A stretch of DNA of 64,000 bases from an uncultured delta proteobacterium (GTDB lineage: Bacteria; Desulfobacterota; Syntrophorhabdia; Syntrophorhabdales; WCHB1-27): contig CAWEPK010000005.1 in NCBI GenBank assembly GCA_963810935.1, forward strand, positions 64,001 through 128,000. Reading direction: 5' to 3'. Below the pieces are notes generated by a model. That model saw nothing but the letters and a program-made list of their open reading frames with translations. It ran no database searches and was not told the DNA's origin. Made by a program: the position numbers and the translations under genes. This document shows positions 60,230-64,000 of the stretch, piece by piece (positions within the stretch are counted from its first letter, which is position 1; every line of letters starts with the position of its first letter).

Positions 60230-60541
60230 ATGGACCTGAAGGACGAGATCGAGAAAGTAGCGTATGAGCTTTTCGAGAGGGATGGCGGGCAGCACGGGAA
60301 AGACAGGGAACACTGGCTGGAGGCGGAGGAGATCGTAAAGGCGAGGCACACGCCGGGTCAGAAAGGAGCCGGGTCGCCGAAAGTCGAAAAGGCGCCCGTG
60401 CCCGCGAAGGCAGCGGCCCCGAAAATCCCGGCCGTGAAGCCTGCCTCCGGTGCCGCTGACAGGCAGGCTGCGAAGCCCGCCGCGTCAAAGGCGCCGGCAA
60501 AAGAACGGAAAGCGCGGCAACAGACGAAAAATACGCACTGA
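60230..60541 (+). CDS. DUF2934-domain protein with Ala/Lys/Pro-rich tail
   Basis: I-x3-AYELFERDG...WLEAE; GGAGG RBS. Confidence 0.8.
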   Translation: MDLKDEIEKVAYELFERDGGQHGKDREHWLEAEEIVKARHTPGQKGAGSPKVEKAPVPAKAAAPKIPAVKPASGAADRQAAKPAASKAPAKERKARQQTKNTH

Positions 60542-60629
60542 ACATAACGCGGCCGGAGAAGGGAGCAGACTCCGGCTGCCATACGACCAAACGATAGATT
60601 TGCTGGTGTGCCGGACCTTCTCTTGCCCG

Positions 60630-61847
60630 CTATAGCCTTGTCGAGTTCCCGCCGGAAGCAAAAGACGCCCGGGTGCGAGCCTTCTTCTTCCTGCTCAGGA
60701 CAAAAAGCACCAGGGCAAACACGTAGACGCCCGCAGTCGTCCCGAACACAAACCATGACAACTTATTGACCAGCGCCAGAACCACTACCAGCCAGGCAAA
60801 ATCGCGGTTAACCGTCAGTGACGCCAGCCAGTTCGACTCGCTCGACGCCTGCTCTCCCGGGCCGTGGCCCATATAGAGCTGTACCGAGATGGCGCAAAGG
60901 CCGAAGCCTACCAGAAGGAACGCCAGGGCCCAGAGGTAGACCGGGTTGTCGGACCGGTAATAGAGGCCGAGGGCCATACCCAGAAATACGGCCACGTGGA
61001 CCACGTTGTCGCCAACGATATCGAGGTAATGACCGAAGTTGCTCTCCTGGAGCTTGAGCCTCGCAAGCTCGCCGTCGACCCCGTCGAGGATGGTCGATGC
61101 AAGGAAAAGCAGCCCGCCTGCAACCTGCGACGGATACGTTCCCTTCAAGAGAAAGAATGCTCCCGCCAGCCCGACCGCGATGTGGAACAGCGTGAACATG
61201 TTGGGCGTCACGAATGTATTGGCGAGGCGGCTGCTGATGGGACGCGAAAGGGGCCTGTGGATCTTCTTCGAGAAAAAGCTGTCCGTCTGTGCGGTCGACG
61301 CGCCGACGGCGGCCACCAGGGCCCGGCCGGCATCGGCCGCTTCCTTTGCATTGCGGGGAATTACGGGCAGGCCGGCTGCGACTGAAACGCGCTCGCAGGA
61401 GATACCGGCAGGCAGTGACGAGCCGGGCGCCCGAAGTACCTTCAAAATGTCAGGAACGCAACGGGGAGTCACAAGACAGACCGAAAGGGCATCCCTGTCG
61501 CCCGCCGCGTAGACGTCGCTCGGCCCGGCTCCTGCAGAAATGAGTTTTTTCACAGACCAGGCGTCGATTACTGCCCCGGCCGCCATCACGAGGACCCTCT
61601 CGCCTGCATCGGCGCCCGGCTCACAGACGGCCGAACCTGAGTCCGCCTCACCGTCGACTTTCACGAAAGCGTCACCCGGAACGATATCGTGAAGGACTCC
61701 GGCAAGCCCATCATCACGCCCGACGACACTGACGTTATCGAAACCGCACCGGCGGGCAACGAGCGCAAGCCTCCTCGCGGCCGGCGTCCGGAAGATGGGC
61801 CTAAGGCCCGCCCCTTCGAAATCCGCGATAACTGTGCGCCCGGCCAT
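60630..61847 (-). CDS. CDP-alcohol phosphatidyltransferase with degenerate N-terminal NTP-transferase-like domain
   Basis: TPN, DGVDGELAR-x8-G-x2-D-x3-D signature. Confidence 0.85.
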   Translation of the reverse strand: MAGRTVIADFEGAGLRPIFRTPAARRLALVARRCGFDNVSVVGRDDGLAGVLHDIVPGDAFVKVDGEADSGSAVCEPGADAGERVLVMAAGAVIDAWSVKKLISAGAGPSDVYAAGDRDALSVCLVTPRCVPDILKVLRAPGSSLPAGISCERVSVAAGLPVIPRNAKEAADAGRALVAAVGASTAQTDSFFSKKIHRPLSRPISSRLANTFVTPNMFTLFHIAVGLAGAFFLLKGTYPSQVAGGLLFLASTILDGVDGELARLKLQESNFGHYLDIVGDNVVHVAVFLGMALGLYYRSDNPVYLWALAFLLVGFGLCAISVQLYMGHGPGEQASSESNWLASLTVNRDFAWLVVVLALVNKLSWFVFGTTAGVYVFALVLFVLSRKKKARTRASFASGGNSTRL

Positions 61848-62459
61848 CTACCCCTTCTCCACGGCCTGCTGCTGCAGCTTCATCCTCTTGAGCAGCCCAT
61901 CATACGATTCCTGCTGAATGACCTTGCCGAAGCTCTTGCGGTAGTTCTGCACGATGCTCACGCCGTCTATCGTGACGTCCCTCACCAGGAGCCTTCCCTT
62001 TGCGTCGTTAAGAGAGTAATCGACAGGTATCGCCTCGCTTGCCCTCTGCATGCGCGTCTTGACCGTAGTCTGCCCCTGTCCGTCCCCCTCGCCTGCATAG
62101 GTAATCTTCTCCTTGCCGACGAAGTCGAGCACCAGCCTCGAGTACGAATCAAGGAAAAGGTCCTGGAAGATCGACTTGAACTCCGTGCGCTTCGCGGCGC
62201 TCATCCCGCTCCAGTAAGAGCCGAGCGCCTGCTGCGCCATATCGTCGAAATTGAAATTGGCCAGGATGATCTTCTTGATATCGGCTCTTCTCGTCGGGCG
62301 CGCGGCCTGGCCTTGAAGGGCCGGGTCCGTCTGCACCGATATGACCGCGTCGAGCATTTTGCGGACGACGTCGGTCGCCGCGCCGGAGGCTGCAAGGCCC
62401 CTTTCCGGGAGGACCAGGATAACGACCGCAAAAAGCAGAAGCACGATTTTCACTTTCAT
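61848..62459 (-). CDS. MlaC/HpnM-family periplasmic lipid-binding protein
   Basis: Signal peptide, FNFDDMA, DV-IDGVS-x3-YR. Confidence 0.85.
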   Translation of the reverse strand: MKVKIVLLLFAVVILVLPERGLAASGAATDVVRKMLDAVISVQTDPALQGQAARPTRRADIKKIILANFNFDDMAQQALGSYWSGMSAAKRTEFKSIFQDLFLDSYSRLVLDFVGKEKITYAGEGDGQGQTTVKTRMQRASEAIPVDYSLNDAKGRLLVRDVTIDGVSIVQNYRKSFGKVIQQESYDGLLKRMKLQQQAVEKG

Positions 62460-64000
62460 GGTTCCTCCTTGAAACGGCGGGCGCGCTCGTCCTCGCCCTC
62501 TGCCGCATTTTTATCGGGACTCTTTCTCCCCCTCATGGAGAGATTCGCAGACGCATGAAGAAGGGCGGGCAGGAAAAGCACCGCGGCGGCAAGGACGCAA
62601 AGGCTCCCTATCGTTGTAAGCACGCCCAGGCTGTGTATTCCCTGGTGGGTCGATATTATCAGGCTGCAAAAACCTACCGTCGTGGACAACCCGGCCAGAA
62701 TCACCCCTGTACCCGTGCTTATCGGCAGGCTGAAGGCGGCGCGGTCGCTGCTCTGGAGCCAGCGCTGGACGACGATGATCCCGTACTCCACACCCGCGCC
62801 CACCACCAGCGGCATGAATATGGTATTGGCAAGGTTCAGGTCGATCCCGAAGACGTGCATCAGGCCCAGCGTCCAAAGCGTCCCCAGGATGAGTGGGGCA
62901 AGGGCAGCGGCGATCGGCACCGGGCTGCGCAGCGTCACCACAAGGATGAGCACGATGAAGATGACCGCGTACACGGCTGCCATGATGCAGGCGTTGCGGA
63001 AAGCCTTCGTAAAAACGGAAAGCGTTATCGGGTCGCCTGTCGCGTCTTTATCGACCGACCGCAGGTCGAACACGAACTTGTCGAGCACATGGGGGTCCCA
63101 GACGTTCCCCGTGGGGAAGATGCGGAGTATGTAAAGGTTGTCTGGACCGACGAACCGGTCGTAGAGCGGCTTCGGCAGGTCCTCCGGCCGCAAGGGCTCC
63201 GTCTCTATGTTCTCCCATAATAGAGAGAGCTTGTCGTTCAGGTCTTCAATCATCCGCAGCTCGAACGATTTCAGCCGTACTTCCAGAAGCGGCTTTCTGA
63301 TAGTCGTGAAGTCCTTCCTGACTGCGTCGATCAGGCGCCTCACCTCCCGCATCTGCCTGGCGAGCGAGCCTTTGCCGTCGCCCCCGGCGGAGCCGGGATC
63401 GAGCATCTTGAAGCGTATCCGCGAGAAGGCGCTCTCCAGCTTGTCGATATCGACGGGACCTGAAGGCATCGGGATGGACCGGATGTCCCCGAGCACCGGC
63501 CGCAACTCTTTGAGCATAAGAAGCTTACGGTCCTGGTCCGCAGGCATGACGCTCAGGATGCTGTTTACCTTAGAAACACTCGGGAGGCGCTCGACCGCTT
63601 TCGTCTGCTTTTCGACCTCATCGAGGGAATGCGCAAAGAGGACGCCGTAAATGCTCGCGTATTTCGACCCCTGGATCAGCCTGTTCTCCCAGATGACCGA
63701 TTCGGCGCTCTTCGATTGCAGGTGAAGCATGTTCAGGTCGAACTTGAGGCCCCACATAGCCCAGACCGAGAGGGCCGAAACGACGAACGCGAGGCTCAGC
63801 AGGAAAAACGTCCGGGGCCGGGTGGTCTTCAAAAGCGGCTTTATCTCCTCGGTCACCGGCTCCCTGACGAGCCCTTTGCGAAAGCGATCGACGAGCATTA
63901 TCATCGCAGGCAGCAGTCCCATGGTGGCCAGCGTCGCAACCAGAAGTCCTATGCTGCAAATGAGCCCCAGCTCCGAAAGTCCCTTGAAGCTCGTAAGGAC
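62456..64000 (-). CDS. MMPL/HpnN-like RND lipid transporter (5' part outside the window)
   Basis: GFKGLSELG, LNLAN, G-GVEYG, TTVGF, LFLPALL; adjacent to the MlaC/HpnM gene. Confidence 0.85.
   Translation of the reverse strand, partial: VLTSFKGLSELGLICSIGLLVATLATMGLLPAMIMLVDRFRKGLVREPVTEEIKPLLKTTRPRTFFLLSLAFVVSALSVWAMWGLKFDLNMLHLQSKSAESVIWENRLIQGSKYASIYGVLFAHSLDEVEKQTKAVERLPSVSKVNSILSVMPADQDRKLLMLKELRPVLGDIRSIPMPSGPVDIDKLESAFSRIRFKMLDPGSAGGDGKGSLARQMREVRRLIDAVRKDFTTIRKPLLEVRLKSFELRMIEDLNDKLSLLWENIETEPLRPEDLPKPLYDRFVGPDNLYILRIFPTGNVWDPHVLDKFVFDLRSVDKDATGDPITLSVFTKAFRNACIMAAVYAVIFIVLILVVTLRSPVPIAAALAPLILGTLWTLGLMHVFGIDLNLANTIFMPLVVGAGVEYGIIVVQRWLQSSDRAAFSLPISTGTGVILAGLSTTVGFCSLIISTHQGIHSLGVLTTIGSLCVLAAAVLFLPALLHASANLSMRGRKSPDKNAAEGEDERARRFKEEP

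Overview
GC-rich chromosomal window from an anaerobic bacterium; gene content suggests Desulfobacterota, possibly Syntrophorhabdus-like (inference). Most of it is housekeeping and metabolism: ilvD, glcD-like oxidase, AOR, rpoZ-gmk-yicC-tlyA-dxs-ispA-xseB, argC-rpsI-rplM, trxB, rph-rdgB, MarR/RND efflux, TRAP + CoA ligase, mtaB-nifS-cysE, two glgC-like genes and hopanoid-type transport genes. Many single-base frameshifts look like long-read errors. The main finding is in an AT-rich island remnant next to tRNA-Cys/tRNA-Gly (about 16.3-21.7 kb). A 1.5-kb IS110-family element (19380-20886) interrupts a PC4-like gene at an AG/CT core. Its 3' non-coding end folds into a ~170-nt bridge/seek-type RNA whose loops carry sequences matching its own target flanks (ACGTACGCT and CCGGAG) and its donor end (ATAGCAG). 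The programmed target ACGTACG-CT-CCGG matches, 12 of 13 nt, the core of a ~125-bp REP-like repeat found twice elsewhere in the window. Circularisation at that core would create a TTGACT-N17-TATGCT promoter. Other leads: an HD dNTPase-like + winged-helix pair, a seemingly inactivated type IIG R-M-like protein, an unexplained ~120-nt structured intergenic element, a second REP family, and tandem tRNA-Gly 3'-end copies. All family calls are from motif recognition by eye; no database searches were run.
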